From NCBI RefSeq assembly GCF_001194135.2, contig NC_068993.1:47774812-47838811 (forward strand): DNA of 64,000 nucleotides, read 5' to 3'. The position numbers were made by a program, and so were the translations under genes. The notes under the pieces were generated by a model that had not been told where the DNA came from, searched no databases, and worked only from the letters and a program-made list of their open reading frames with translations. The stretch is from Octopus bimaculoides. Lineage: Eukaryota. Within the stretch, counting starts at the first letter, position 1, and each line of letters opens with the position of its first letter. Shown here in pieces: positions 26,209 to 39,884 of the stretch.

Positions 26209-27425
26209 CTATCTACAAAACTCTGTTGGTGCGTGTGTGGCTGTCTACGTGTGCTTGTATTCGTAACTGTACAGGAGTACACGCACGTGTGCACACACAC
26301 ATGATTACACATACATATACACACGCACACACATATATATGCATGCATATTATATGCAAATATGTATATCTGTATGTATGTATGTATGTATGCATATATG
26401 TATGTATGCATGTAAGCATGGGGAGAGAGCGAGAGAGAAACAATTATACATATATATAGACATTTAATGATACGTAAATATATTAGTTTCTGACTTGTAC
26501 AGAATTTCAATGCATGATGCGTAAAATCACTGCTGCCGATGAGCAGAATTAATGTGTTTCTATGTATGGAAGTAATCTGGTTTTCATAGCAGAAAGAGCG
26601 AAAAAATGCATCACAACAGACTTAGCTCATCTTCGAAATCACAACACATGTTTTTCATTCTACGTTTTGTATATACACAATCTTGCAAGCCCTTGCATTT
26701 TGAAAGTGCACCGTTTTTTGTTTTTTTTTAGACAACCATTCATTTTTCATGAAAAGCAGTCGCTGTTGAAAATTAATCGCCATAATATTAATGAATTCAT
26801 CCTTGCACCAGCGCAGTATGATCTACGTATTGAAGCCTCCTGCTAGAAATGTACCCAAATAGACATAGTTTAACATCCAGCTGCCTTAAGAGACACTTTG
26901 TTAATTTGGCTACCAGACTGCCTGAGAGCGCCCTCATTCAATAATACATAATTCATATCTTGAAATGATCTAATTCAAACCGTACATTCAAATTTCATGT
27001 TAATCCACGTTCCAATCACCTGCTTACTAATTGTTACCTTACCTTTTACCAGCCTAATAAGGACAAAGTAATTTTATTAACTTCTACATACCTTTTCAAA
27101 GGTAAATGGAAAGGAAGAAGCTGTATTTCATTTATAGTAACAAATGAAATAAATATGGAGACATATTGTACAATAGTTACAGATATTGCTAGATATAAGA
27201 AGAAGATAATCACAAGGATACAATACACAAAGTTTAGTAGAGCCGTGTATTCGATGCGAATGGAGAAAATTTCATTCGTTTTGTCGGTATTTTAGATCCA
27301 GTGCGAGTCATCATGATCTATAACTCTTTTCTAATATACAAATGGCTAAAAGTTCTTCATGTTAGCCAACTTTTTCTCACCTATAACTTTAATCTTTATC
27401 CTTTCCAATGCCGTTCAGTATTCAC

Positions 27426-27490
27426 CATTACAGGAGATTGTTCCAGAGAAATACAAGGGACATAAAAACCGTCTAATTTAGACCGAAAGC
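27426..27490 (-). CDS. Candidate 65-nt exon (phase 1-0)
   Basis: Acceptor aaatgtttacag and donor ATG|gtgaat. The only open frame is GC|FRSKLDGFYVPCISLEQSPVM. No homology recognised. Confidence 0.22.
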
Positions 27491-27788
27491 CTGTAAACAT
27501 TTTAAAATTGGAGTCAACTGTGTATTCATGTTTCCTCTTACAAAGAATTCAATTGGTTGAACGAGACGTTCAAGCCAGCGACTTTAATAACTTCACAATA
27601 AAATGACAGCATTCTCATAATTTACCCACTACATCTTTAAATGCTGAGTTCTTGTACAAATGTTATCTTTAAAATAATTGCCTTAAATTAGAACTTATAA
27701 AAGTATACAATATACCCTCAAAATTTATACATATATAAATATGTATAAACACGAATATTTGATGGTCTCGTGTCTTCTGTCGCTACAG

Positions 27789-27839
27789 AGACGCACACAG
27801 TACGAGATATCTGTATCGGAATACCAGTTGGACAGCCAC
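27789..27839 (+). CDS. Candidate 51-nt exon
   Basis: Acceptor gtgtcttctgtcgctacag and consensus donor CAC|gtaagt. All three frames are open (e.g. THTVRDICIGIPVGQP), so the frame is undetermined. Confidence 0.22.
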
Positions 27840-28647
27840 GTAAGTCATGTGTCTCCATGCTACATATTCTCTTTAATATGTACTCTGATATAGATTCGTC
27901 TTATTACCTGTATTATAAACGATGTTACTGGGAGTATGCCTTGTACGGAAGAGCTACTTCAAGTCATCGCAGAGTACCCTCTTAATAACTCACTTGTACA
28001 GAGAAGAAGTGTAGAAACACGTTAGGTATATTGGACGTATCACTTAAAAAACAAACGCCTGACAACTCAGCTAAAATTCTTTGCTGTGTCCTCTGAAGAA
28101 TTACACGGACTTTAGAAGTATGAGTGTAGAATACTAAGCCATTTGCACAGTCGTAAAATTAAATGCTTATTTTCAAAATAGGTAGTGAACTTAATGTCAT
28201 CGTCGGCTGTCTGTCGTAGGTCGACTTTGACTGTTCTGTTCAGAACTAACACTTTAGACTGTAAGTGAGGCAGCTGGCGTCATCTCCTCACCGACTACAT
28301 CTCTGGGCCACCATGCCAGGTACCAAGTGGGGGTGCAAAAGTGCAACGAGCATGGTCGACGACGAAAATGCCCTGCACGAGCTGATCACTTGCTAGATGA
28401 CCGCAACCTTTGTCTGACGGTACTGATCTACCACTTAACCACAAGTTGGCCTAAACTTCTCCACATTGATGGTAATCCCACATCTAGCAGCTAACGTCAT
28501 CACCCTTTCATTGGTGGTACAGTAAGCTTGCAATTGGCCTATTTTCTGACAGAAGGGACTACATACTCTCCCTTTTACGGCCTAGCAGTGATATGTGTGG
28601 CGTATGCATTAAAGAGATGCATATATAAATACACACACACACATATA

Positions 28648-28697
<50 letters not shown>

Positions 28698-29486
28698 TNN
28701 NNNNNNNNNNNNNNNNNNNNNNNNNNNNNNNNNNNNNNNNNNNNNNNNNNNNNNNNNNNNNNNNNNNNNNNNNNNNNNNNNNNNNNNNNNNNNNNNNNNN
28801 NNNNNNNNNNNNNNNNNNNNNNNNNNNNNNNNNNNNNNNNNNNNNNNNNNNNNNNNNNNNNNNNNNNNNNNNNNNNNNNNNNNNNNNNNNNNNNNNNNNN
28901 NNNNNNNNNNNNNNNNNNNNNNNNNNNNNNNNNNNNNNNNNNNNNNNNNNNNNNNNNNNNNNNNNNNNNNNNNNNNNNNNNNNNNNNNNNNNNNNNNNNN
29001 NNNNNNNNNNNNNNNNNNNNNNNNNNNNNNNNNNNNNNNNNNNNNNNNNNNNNNNNNNNNNNNNNNNNNNNNNNNNNNNNNNNNNNNNNNNNNNNNNNNN
29101 NNNNNNNNNNNNNNNNNNNNNNNNNNNNNNNNNNNNNNNNNNNNNNNNNNNNNNNNNNNNNNNNNNNNNNNNNNNNNNNNNNNNNNNNNNNNNNNNNNNN
29201 NNNNNNNNNNNNNNNNNNNNNNNNNNNNNNNNNNNNNNNNNNNNNNNNNNNNNNNNNNNNNNNNNNNNNNNNNNNNNNNNNNNNNNNNNNNNNNNNNNNN
29301 NNNNNNNNNNNNNNNNNNNNNNNNNNNNNNNNNNNNNNNNNNNNNNNNNNNNNNNNNNNNNNNNNNNNNNNNNNNNNNNNNNNNNNNNNNNNNNNNNNNN
29401 NNNNNNNNNNNNNNNNNNNNNNNNNNNNNNNNNNNNNNNTATATATATGTATATATATGTATATACATATGAATAAGTGGAGTGAC

Positions 29487-29531
<45 letters not shown>

Positions 29532-30395
29532 TACGTATGCATATATGATTTTGAGTAAGCATATGCATCTTTGTGTGTTTGTGTGTGCGCGTGTGCGTGC
29601 AAACGTGCGTGCAGGCGTGTGAAGTGAATCACAGATACTCTTCCTGCGTACAATTAGTTTACAATGTAAGGTTTTAAGTCATGTGTGTTCACTTTGTCGA
29701 GCCATCGACCTACGATTCCACAGATAGCCTTCTTATATGCATACATACATACATAAATACGTACGTATGTATGTTTGTATGTATGTATATATATATATAT
29801 ATATATACGTACATACTTGCGCTTGTGTATGGATGTATGATGGTAAGTTTGTATACGAACAAACATTTCGCAACAATTTAGTTTAAATTTACATTACTGT
29901 CTGCGGAAGTGATGAAAACTTTATCACACCTTTAGCAATTTTAGCTGGAAGAAATGAGCAGTAATTTAGTTTTAAACGAAATTGGAATTTTTCCTTTTCA
30001 TTTGTCGCTTCGGGAAGCGAGAGTAATGTCCATAGTTTAGATAAGAACTAGGAAGTAAGTTGGATGGAAGAGATGAGGTCACGGGGAAGAAATACGTTGA
30101 ATCTTGTGAAATTGACGGACGCTTAGGAATTAATGGAGGAACAAAGAGAAGACAAATAATAAACAACAAAATGGCCCATTGAGTTAGTGCTGATTTGCAA
30201 AATGATGTTGGGAAGATTGTTCGCCTGGGCATCGTCTTGCTAAAGTCTATCATAAAAGCAATACACGAGTACTGCACATACACATAAATACGTACATATT
30301 CATCAAGTTGGTCTTACAATGGAACGTTTCAAATACACAAACATACCACTTTAGATACATAGATTCGTACTTATACATACGTACATACAGATACA

Positions 30396-30472
<77 letters not shown>

Positions 30473-32972
30473 TTTTAGAGAAAAGAACCAAAGTACATGA
30501 ACGTTTCCATGAAAATCCACAGTCAAATACAGAAAAATAAGTATAATATAATACAAAGTATATATCAAATGATAATGATAGAACTTTGGTTCTTTTCTCT
30601 AAAACTATATATTTATATATTTTATACTGTGAAACTTAATTTCATTTTAATTTTTAATAAATTGAATTTAATTGAGTAATTACCTGTAAATTTGGATTTT
30701 TAACCCTAATATTATTATATATATATATGACTTAAAACCTTATTTGTTACAACAGACCTTAAATAGACATTGAGATTTTATATATACCTCTGACGAAGGA
30801 ATCTCTGCTATCTCCAGTCTCGATTGTCTGACATAAACAAGGTAGGACAAAATCCCGCGATCTGGTGCTCCTGCGGTGAAAGTTGACGATTATCTTCCGC
30901 TAGTGATATAAACACAGGTGCTCATATGCACGACATGTATATATGAAAGGTTCAATCATGGTATATATTCACGCAAACACACAAGCAAACATAGGAGTAA
31001 AGGAATTCAACATTTTCGCGAACGTATACTTCTTACGAATGAGAATATCTATGAAAGTATTTTCAACTTCGTTGTGAACACACGAATAGATAATGGAATA
31101 AAATAAAAGAATAATGTGAGGTGGTACTTAACGTTGGGAAACAATATCTTCTCGTATCTGTTTTTTTTTTTTTTTTTGTTCACATGAATTCGAAGGTAAA
31201 ATTCGCCGGATTTTATCAGCAAACATCAACACTTGGAAAAAAATTTCGTAGCAAACTCAACAAATAAACGATGAATCTTAAAATAAGATGGAAAAACTAC
31301 GCAGTTACAAAGACCTAGAAATATAGCATTTTTGGAAAGGATGGAGGGGAAAAAATGTAATAGAACACGATAAAAATGAGAAAGTTTAAAATCATAATCA
31401 CATGCAATCACATATGCTACACACAGACTGTACTACTATTAGTTTCGGGATACACGTACATACTTTCTTAGGTGCATACATACGTTAATACACATAAATA
31501 TTCGTTCAAACACACATGCACATACACACAGACATACACACTCACAAAGACAGATACACACATATGTATGTATACATATATGGCTATGTACATAAATACA
31601 TATACATACCTATATATACATACAAAATGAATATATAAATGTAAATATAGATATAATATATTTATAGGTTTGTGTGCATATAAGTGTATGTGAGTGTACA
31701 TAAATGCATATATTCATACGCACAGAAACACACACACACAGACATATATATAGAGAGATATAAAACATATACATATGTACATGTATGCACATATATGTGT
31801 GTACATAGATAGATGGCTTTCATATGGAAGTCGGGAGTTGTTTACAATATTCTTAATAGTATTGATAAAATATAGTTTTTTAAAATCCCACAAACTGTAG
31901 CGCAAGAAAACATTTCAAAACAAGTAAGTTCAGAAATGAGGAAAACGTGTCTTCTCATACTTGTAACTTGACGTTTAATTTAGGAGAATATATATATATA
32001 TATATGTATTTATTTTTTGTTTTTGTATATATTTTTTGTATATATTTTCAATATGCCCGATGATATATAATTGTTTTTGTGTTATTGGAGACGATTAAAT
32101 TTATGCGTTGATACACATAGGCACAAGTGCGTACACACACTTTGTGCTATTACTCCATAACCGTAGGTACGTTGAAAGGAAACGCTCCTCCGACCAGTTG
32201 TTTGGATTATAAATGAAACTAATGTCATTGACTTGATGAGTGCCGTTCCTACTTCAGGCTGTGTCAAAAAATACGGTTTGTCTTTCAAGAAATCTGTCGT
32301 ACAAGAGGAATAACCTAATTCTGTTTGAAGACATTGCTCATCAACCCACCCGGTGTTGAGTACACTTTCTTGCAGTTATTTGCTACAACACATTCACGCA
32401 TAGGCACTCATACATACACGCGCGTGATAACATGATCAAAAACACGTGCATTACTTTAAGATTATTAAACTCTAACTAATTTTAAGAACAAGAGCAGGCA
32501 TAGGCACGGCTGTGAGGTTAGGGCGCTTGCACTCCACGTAGCACCTGGTTCTGGAAAACTGTTATAACCCGCCGTCTGTGTCCTGTTTTTGTTACCACTT
32601 TAACCCTCCGCAAAACATCCCAAATTTTATTTACTTTGCTTTACTGGAAGGACTGTCTTAACGAAGTCGAGTCCTGTCCCTACGTTAGAAACGCGGAGTA
32701 GACAAAACAGGGGACAAGTGATGAAGGGAATTTTCTTTATGTTGCCTGTCTCGTTTCTCTATTTGTTCCTTTCTTTGTTCGAAAAAAATTAGTTTTCCAC
32801 TTCTATTTTTTATGTTCTTATTTCTTATTTTGTTCACGTTTTTTTTCACGTCCTATACTCATATATCCATGTATATATACATATACATGTAGGCATATAC
32901 ATGTATGTGTATATATATGCATATATTATATTGATATTATTATAAGTTCGAAAGCCACGCATCCATTTCCTA

Positions 32973-33010
<38 letters not shown>

Positions 33011-33011
33011 C

Positions 33012-33460
33012 AAAATAGGGGTAGCTTATCCTGTTCAGGCCATACTATTAGCATTATCCTGCGTTTGAGAATTTAAAATCAATTCTTTAACTTTCTAACA
33101 CATCTCAACGCTTCTAAAAGCAAGCTTCGTTTGCTTGTTTACGTTTATCGTAATTTGAATTTAACGTATGATAGCGTCTCATAAAGCGAGATTTCTATAT
33201 ATCCTAAATTTGCAAAAGATTCTGTTGTGTGGGTGGTTTAGCTTAATGGTTCGGAGCACCACGGCGCGTAATCACGGAGTTGTGAGTTCGAGCCTCATAG
33301 CCGACTGCCAGCACTTTTTTCGGCAAAATAGGGATAGCTTAATCTGTTCAGGCTTTATTATTAGCATCATCCTGCGTTTGAGAATTTAACATTACTTCTT
33401 TATCTTTCTAAGACATCTCAACGCTTCTAAAGCAAACTTTGTTTGTTTGTTTCCTGTTAA
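33012..33460 (+). repeat. Direct repeats of about 130 bp flanking a tRNA-like sequence
   Basis: AAAATAGGG.TAGCTTA..CTGTTCAGGC...TTAGCAT.ATCCTGCGTTTGAGAATTTAA...ACATCTCAACGCTTCTAAA at 33012-33145 and 33326-33460. Confidence 0.85.
33232..33320 (+). pseudogene. tRNA-like pseudogene or SINE head (possibly Thr-CGT-derived) with T6 terminator
   Basis: D arm GCTT/GAGC and T arm GTGAG-TTCGAGC-CTCAT are intact. The acceptor stem is partly paired and the anticodon arm is disrupted. TTTTTT at 33315-33320. Confidence 0.55.
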
Positions 33461-33740
33461 GCACCATCATTTAGACCACAGGGCAGTTGAAACATTTTTT
33501 TTATATGATATCATAAAATACGTCATATCAATGATAACACTCATATTTTGTCATGGATGATTGCCCCTTTTATTTCAAGGTTTCCAAAATATCCAGGATG
33601 GCCAAGACGAGAATGCATTGTATGATAGGTGTGCTCATTCAAGTTTGATCTGGTGGTTGACTATATCACGATTGAATGCGCCTTTAGAAAGGATACATAT
33701 GTTTCCCCGTGTGATATAGACACACGGGGTCGGTTCGCGT

Positions 33741-33815
<75 letters not shown>

Positions 33816-33960
33816 AATAGTAGAACAGTTCCCAAACATACATGGAGATCTATATCGTGATGTATGTTTACTTTACCTTCAAAATGTTTCCGACCAAAAA
33901 GTACAAAACGTTAAGAATAGTTTAGTGGTGGTATTTCTCAGATAGGCTTACTATAATTTT

Positions 33961-34437
33961 AATAATTATTATAACCTATAAGGTGTTTCTTCCCATGCTG
34001 CCACTTGATTTCAATGCTATATTATATTCAATGCGGCGGTATTTCGATAATATAGCACATGGTGTGTGTATAGACAAATGAACTGGTCACTGTATCTACG
34101 TGTATATTTATGCATATACCTGTGCGTATACATAAGTATTTGCATGTTTATGTGTATATATATGTAGCTATGCACAATTCATGGTATATTTCATTGATAA
34201 AGGCAAAGTATGGTTTTATACAAAGCCAGAAACTCAAGGTCTCAAATTATCCAATTTTTACTGTTTTTATTTTTTTGTCTGTGTCCTTTCACAATGTGCT
34301 GTTTTGAATACTTGATGTGGTTTTACACTCAGGTTTTGACTACTATTTCAAGCATGGTGGTATCTTTTAGATACCATTGTTTATAATCGTAATAATTATT
34401 ATAATCTGTTTTTTTTCTTCCCATACTGCCACTTGAT
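33961..34437. repeat. Direct repeat of about 48 bp, 430 bp apart
   Basis: AATAATTATTATAA...TTTCTTCCCAT.CTGCCACTTGAT at 33961-34009 and 34391-34437. Confidence 0.7.
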
Positions 34438-35084
34438 ATGATCGATATTTAAAATAACGATCTTATCCTTATATATATATATATATATATNNNNNNNNNN
34501 NNNNNNNNNNNNNNNNNNNNNNNNNNNNNNNNNNNNNNNNNNNNNNNNNNNNNNNNNNNNNNNNNNNNNNNNNNNNNNNNNNNNNNNNNNNNNNNNNNNN
34601 NNNNNNNNNNNNNNNNNNNNNNNNNNNNNNNNNNNNNNNNNNNNNNNNNNNNNNNNNNNNNNNNNNNNNNNNNNNNNNNNNNNNNNNNNNNNNNNNNNNN
34701 NNNNNNNNNNNNNNNNNNNNNNNNNNNNNNNNNNNNNNNNNNNNNNNNNNNNNNNNNNNNNNNNNNNNNNNNNNNNNNNNNNNNNNNNNNNNNNNNNNNN
34801 NNNNNNNNNNNNNNNNNNNNNNNNNNNNNNNNNNNNNNNNNNNNNNNNNNNNNNNNNNNNNNNNNNNNNNNNNNNNNNNNNNNNNNNNNNNNNNNNNNNN
34901 NNNNNNNNNNNNNNNNNNNNNNNNNNNNNNNNNNNNNNNNNNNNNNNNNNNNNNNNNNNNNNNNNNNNNNNNNNNNNNNNNNNNTTCAATATAAAGGATC
35001 AAATATATAAATATAAGTATATAAAGGCGACTCGAGTTTCAGGGCTATTTCCCTTCGTCATGGCCGGTATGACAGACTTTAACA

Positions 35085-35268
35085 GACATATATACATATA
35101 TATATATACGCGACGGGTTTCTTTCAGTTCCCGTCTTCCAAATTCACTCACAAGGCTCTGGTCGGTTCGAGTTCATAGTAAGAGACGCCCAAGGTGCCAC
35201 GCAGTGGGACTGAACCTGTAAAACATGCAGTTGGGAAGCCAGCTTCTTACCACACACCCACTCCTGGG

Positions 35269-35306
<38 letters not shown>

Positions 35307-35440
35307 CAGCACGGGAAGGAATGCCTATCCGTCGCAGGATTGATCATTTTTGCCAGCGCAGTGAACTAGAGCAACGTGAAATTATGTGTTTTGTTCAAGA
35401 ACGCAACGCGTCCCCCATTTCAGAAATCGAAACCACAATC
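35085..35440 (-). mobile_element. Two adjacent inverted SINE fragments
   Basis: 35085-35270 is the reverse complement of the 8832-8995 family. About 35340-35410 is the reverse complement of the 6400-6465 segment. Confidence 0.7.
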
Positions 35441-35937
35441 TTACGGACAGCAGCTAAGAATACCAGTCCACTAAGCGATGCCCCTCCACCTCTACAAAAG
35501 AAACATTGAAAATATAAGTAGTAAAAAAAAAAAAAATTCTTGGCTGCAATGATTATGAAAAATCCTGACATTTTGAAATTTTTAATCCGGCAAAACTTAT
35601 GGATGTCGTAAAATATTCTGATCATGTTGCGTAGTTATAGAGTATTTATCGAAATAACACGTAGATGTTTATAAATATTTATTGGGTGATATTACATAAA
35701 ATTCATTAGGAACGGCCATCAGAAATACCATTTAAATTAACTCCTGCGATCTCTATTGCATAGCATTTTTATATCTATTATTTTTATTTTTTAGCACTCT
35801 TGTTTATATCTTATAACAGATTGCTATTGTTAATATTTTCACGAATGTTTACACACAAACACGTGTGCGTGCGCAACACATTTACATTTATATACGTATG
35901 AAAAAACATATACAAATTAAGAGAGCTATATATGTAC

Positions 35938-35987
<50 letters not shown>

Positions 35988-36194
35988 TTATATACATCTG
36001 TGTCTACATATGTGTGTGTGTATGTGCGTGTGCGTGCATGCGTACATGTATGTGTCTATATGTGCACAAGAAAATATGAACATTAACATCGATATTATAA
36101 TCGCCATTAATATTAATAATATACATCACAATCGCGTGGTCATTATCGTCATAATCCTCATCAATTTTTACTACTACCAATAATAATAATAATC

Positions 36195-36405
36195 CATTCT
36201 ATTATAGGCACAAGGCCTCACATTTGGGGCAAGGGATTATGTCGATTACAGCGACTCCAGTGCGTAACTGTTACATAATTTATCGACTCCAAAAGGATGA
36301 AAGTCAAAGTCGACCCCGGCGTAATTTGAACTTAGAATTTAGCGACGGGCGAAATACTGCTAAGCATTTCGACTAACGTGCTAACCATTCTGCCAGCTCA
36401 CCGCC
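36195..36405 (-). mobile_element. Full-length tRNA-derived SINE (main family), minus strand
   Basis: Reverse complement reads GGCGGTGAGCTGGCAGAATGGTTAGCACG...TTCTAAGTTCAAATTAC...GGCCTTGTGCCTATAATAGAA. Confidence 0.85.
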
Positions 36406-36484
36406 TTAAAAAAAATAAAATTTACACACAAATACACGCACAATTTAGAAGAAACGTTTTAGTCATGTTTACACTTGCAAAACT

Positions 36485-36945
36485 TCATGTCCATTACGTT
36501 CTGCGACAGTGTAGTTCACTTTACTTCTTGACAAAGAACATGCAATTGTCTGAGCACAAACAGAAATGTTTCGAAGAACAAACCTTTATTTCTCAATCAT
36601 TGGCATTGAGATTTATTGATTGTGAATGCAAACGCAACTTGAACTTGAAACTGTAATTGGAGACGGATGAATGTCGGTGTGGTGTCAAATCTCAGTTCGC
36701 AATGAACTGTTACTTTTTTCAATGGTTCAACTTGAGAAACAATGTCACCTTCAATTATGTGTTCAAGTAAATTGGTTATTTGAATTCTTGTTCCATTACA
36801 ATGTCCATTAGCTTTATTTAAATTTCACAGTAACATTACAACACAGTCTCCAATTTTTAAAGTCAAAATATGTGGGCAAACTCCACGAATGTTTTAACTG
36901 CCTACGAATACCGTTGCATAAATTTACAGATAGTTTTCATTCTTA
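36485..36945 (-). mobile_element. Helitron-type Pif1 helicase remnant
   Basis: CPHILTLKIGDCVVMLL*NLNKANGHCNGTRIQITNLLEHIIEG...FIRLQLQFQVQVAFAFTINKSQCQ*L...QLHV matches the Pif1/Helitron motifs PPH.L.LKVG..VMLLRNL....CNGTR, RLQFP...FA.TINKSQGQ and GQLYV. Confidence 0.85.
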
Positions 36946-36959
36946 TATGAATGAATATA

Positions 36960-37490
36960 GCGGCGTGCTGGCAGAATTGTTAACACGTCCGGCGAAATGT
37001 TAAGCGCCATTTCCTCCATCATTGATAAATTAAGTACCAGTGATACACTGGGGTCGATGTAATCCGCTAGTCTCTCGACTCCAAATTTAAGTCCTTGTGC
37101 CTTTAGTAAAAAGGATTATTATATGAATCAATAAAACCGTGAGCTGGCAGAATACTTAGCACGCCAGACAAAACGCTTAGTGGAACTTTGTCAGTCTTTC
37201 CGCTCTGAGTTAAAATTCCACAGAGGTCGACTTGTCTTTCATCCTTTCGAGGTCGATAAAGTAAGTGCCTCCCCAGAGATTGCTGGGTTCCTAGAAAATG
37301 CTGACCTCCACACAAATTGCTAGCAATTTCGCCAGCCGCTACGTTCTGAGTTCAAATTCCGCCGATGTTGACCTTACCATTCATCCCTTCGGGGTCGATT
37401 AAATAAGTACCAGTTATGCGCTGGGGTCGATGTAATCGACTTCATTCCTTCCCTCAAATTTAAGACCTTGTGCTTCCAGTAGAAAGGACT
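36960..37490 (+). mobile_element. Three head-to-tail main-family SINEs
   Basis: Copies start near 36960, 37138 and 37320. The last ends GACCTTGTGCTTCCAGTAGAAAGGA and runs into (ATT)n. Confidence 0.8.
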
Positions 37491-37505
37491 ATTATTATTA
37501 TTATG

Positions 37506-37567
<62 letters not shown>

Positions 37568-37569
37568 GC

Positions 37570-37795
37570 ACTACCGAGCGCAGCTATGTGTGCTTTGGGT
37601 ATGTGCTGTGGTTTGCTCTGAATCTCTTATGGTTACTATATTGAAAGTGTTTTGCGTAGGATGTGTGCAGTGCCCAGTAGTGCAATTTTCTGTATGTTAT
37701 ATATATATTTGTAAGTCCTGGTGTTTTTGTTATGTATTTGTCTGAATATTTTTATATTATACCTAATGCACCCACTATGATAGGAATTATTTCTG
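37570..37795 (-). mobile_element. 3' end of an R4/Dong-type (restriction-like endonuclease) LINE, between two (ATT)n runs
   Basis: IPIIVGALGII in one frame and YNIQKIALLGTAHILRKTLSI-stop in another, matching the IPIV.GALG ... IQK.ALLGTA.ILR C-terminus of this clade. Confidence 0.75.
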
Positions 37796-37854
<59 letters not shown>

Positions 37855-38339
37855 CATTATTATGATCATCGACTTTTTTCAGTTCCACTTAGAATGTAGA
37901 GTAAAGATAAAAGGATAATTTCTCTTTTCCAATAATTGTTTGAAAATGTGGATGCCTGTGGCAAAAATATCTGGTACGAATGAGCTTCCTCTAAACATGC
38001 GCCTGTAGATTGGAGAACAACTTTTGATCGAATTGTCGGACCTTTTTTGACCAGACTAATCCTGGATATGTGAAGTTCCTCGATTGGTCCTGTCTGAAGA
38101 TTCTTAATCAATTATATGTGTCCACATACTACGTAATATATATATTATTTGTACATACATTTAACTCAATTCATCGTTGATTCCCTTTGTCCCCTTCATA
38201 TTTTATGCAAACTACCCAACGCACACACACAAACACACACACACACGCATTATAGACCATCCTTGTGATGTTTCCCTCATCGACGCCCTTGTGACAATTA
38301 AAATAAATTATTATTTTTATCATTATAGTTCCTAATGCT

Positions 38340-38370
38340 ATTATTATTATTAAGGAAAATAAATTAAATT

Positions 38371-38425
<55 letters not shown>

Positions 38426-38604
38426 TCTGGTGACAAATAAATAAGTTATTCCTATTATTGTTATTGGCGTTGCAGTTTAATATTATCAACATCATTTTAT
38501 TTCACGATAAACATGATTATTATTATTAATTATATCGTTATAGTAATCACTATTATTAACATTTAATATCACTATTGTTCGTGCTACTATTATTATTATT
38601 ATTA

Positions 38605-38677
<73 letters not shown>

Positions 38678-38878
38678 CTGTAATAGCGTTTGTCACAGTA
38701 ACAGTATTAGAAATAATGGTGGTGGTGGTGGTGGTATTAATCGTTGTTGTTGTTGTTGTTGTTGTCACATCGCCATCATTATCCATCATTTTATAATCTT
38801 CTCTTAATAGCCCAGTAATTTGTCAATACAGAAGTTAGCATGGAGGAGGAGCTGTGAGGAAAAAGAAAGAAAGGATTA

Positions 38879-38926
<48 letters not shown>

Positions 38927-39880
38927 AATGTTGCATTGCAGCGTTAATTGTAATTCTGCTCAGGAGACATAATTTAATTATTGCCATGTAATAACACAAT
39001 CTGATTGGTTGAGGTAGTTAATTTTTCAATGACAACAGAAACGACAAGGAAAACACACTTTGCAATAACATTCAATATCATCATCATCGACATCATTACC
39101 ATCATCATCGTCATCACCACCACCACCACCACCACCACAACCACCACCAACACCACCACATCCACCACCAACATCAGCGTCAGCATCAAGAAGAACGTCA
39201 ATAACAAATGCTACAAACTTCAATAAGAACTGCGCTACAATAGCGAAACCAGCAATAACAGAAACAACAGCGAAAACGGCAGAACATTAACAAGAGCAGC
39301 AACATTGCAATAATAACGACAGACAGCAGCAGGAACAACAACAGCAGCAGTGCTACCATCAAAAGTTAAACAGCAGCAGCACTAACACTAAAGACAGTAC
39401 AACAGGCAGAGCACCACTAAAACTGCACAGCAGCAGCAAGAAAAAGAACAATGACTGCAATATTATCATAAACAGCATAACAACAACAACAACAACAACA
39501 ACAACACCAACAACAACAACAATAACAACAACAACAGCAAATACAGCAACAATAGCTCAATGTAGACAAGAGGAACAATGAAATCTTTCGCAATAAGAAC
39601 AATAAGGGGAAACTGGAGGCCAAAAATACAAAAAGAAGAAAAAGGAAATTCAGAATGAAAACAACAACAACAACATTAACAATAATATAGACAACGATGA
39701 CGGAAATAAACAGTTCAACAAGAACTACAACGTTAACATCAACGGGAATAAAGTTGACAACAACTCTAAGCATTTCATGTCAAGTGCAATATAGAGAATA
39801 ACAACAAAGACGGCAACATCACTAACGAAACAGTAGGACACTTGTCAACAACAACAACAACAACTACAACGGCAGTGACA
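38340..39880. repeat. Low-complexity block of mixed triplet and tetramer repeats (CAT, CAG, ATT, GGT, GTT, GAAA, CAC, CAA)
   Basis: Directly visible; no coherent long ORF. Confidence 0.9.
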
Positions 39881-39884
39881 CGTG

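Noticed and set aside
28300-28500. GC-richer segment with KCNEHG resembling a gag zinc knuckle
   Set aside because: CCHC spacing is not met in any frame.
29972-30283. 103-aa minus-strand ORF with a hydrophobic stretch
   Set aside because: No recognisable motif, no convincing splice sites, and the antisense frame is similarly open.
30787-30830. CTGACGAAGG hammerhead-like start
   Set aside because: No downstream GAAA core element or paired stems.
37866-38111. 81-aa minus-strand ORF
   Set aside because: Several frames on both strands look equally plausible; no motif and no clear donor.
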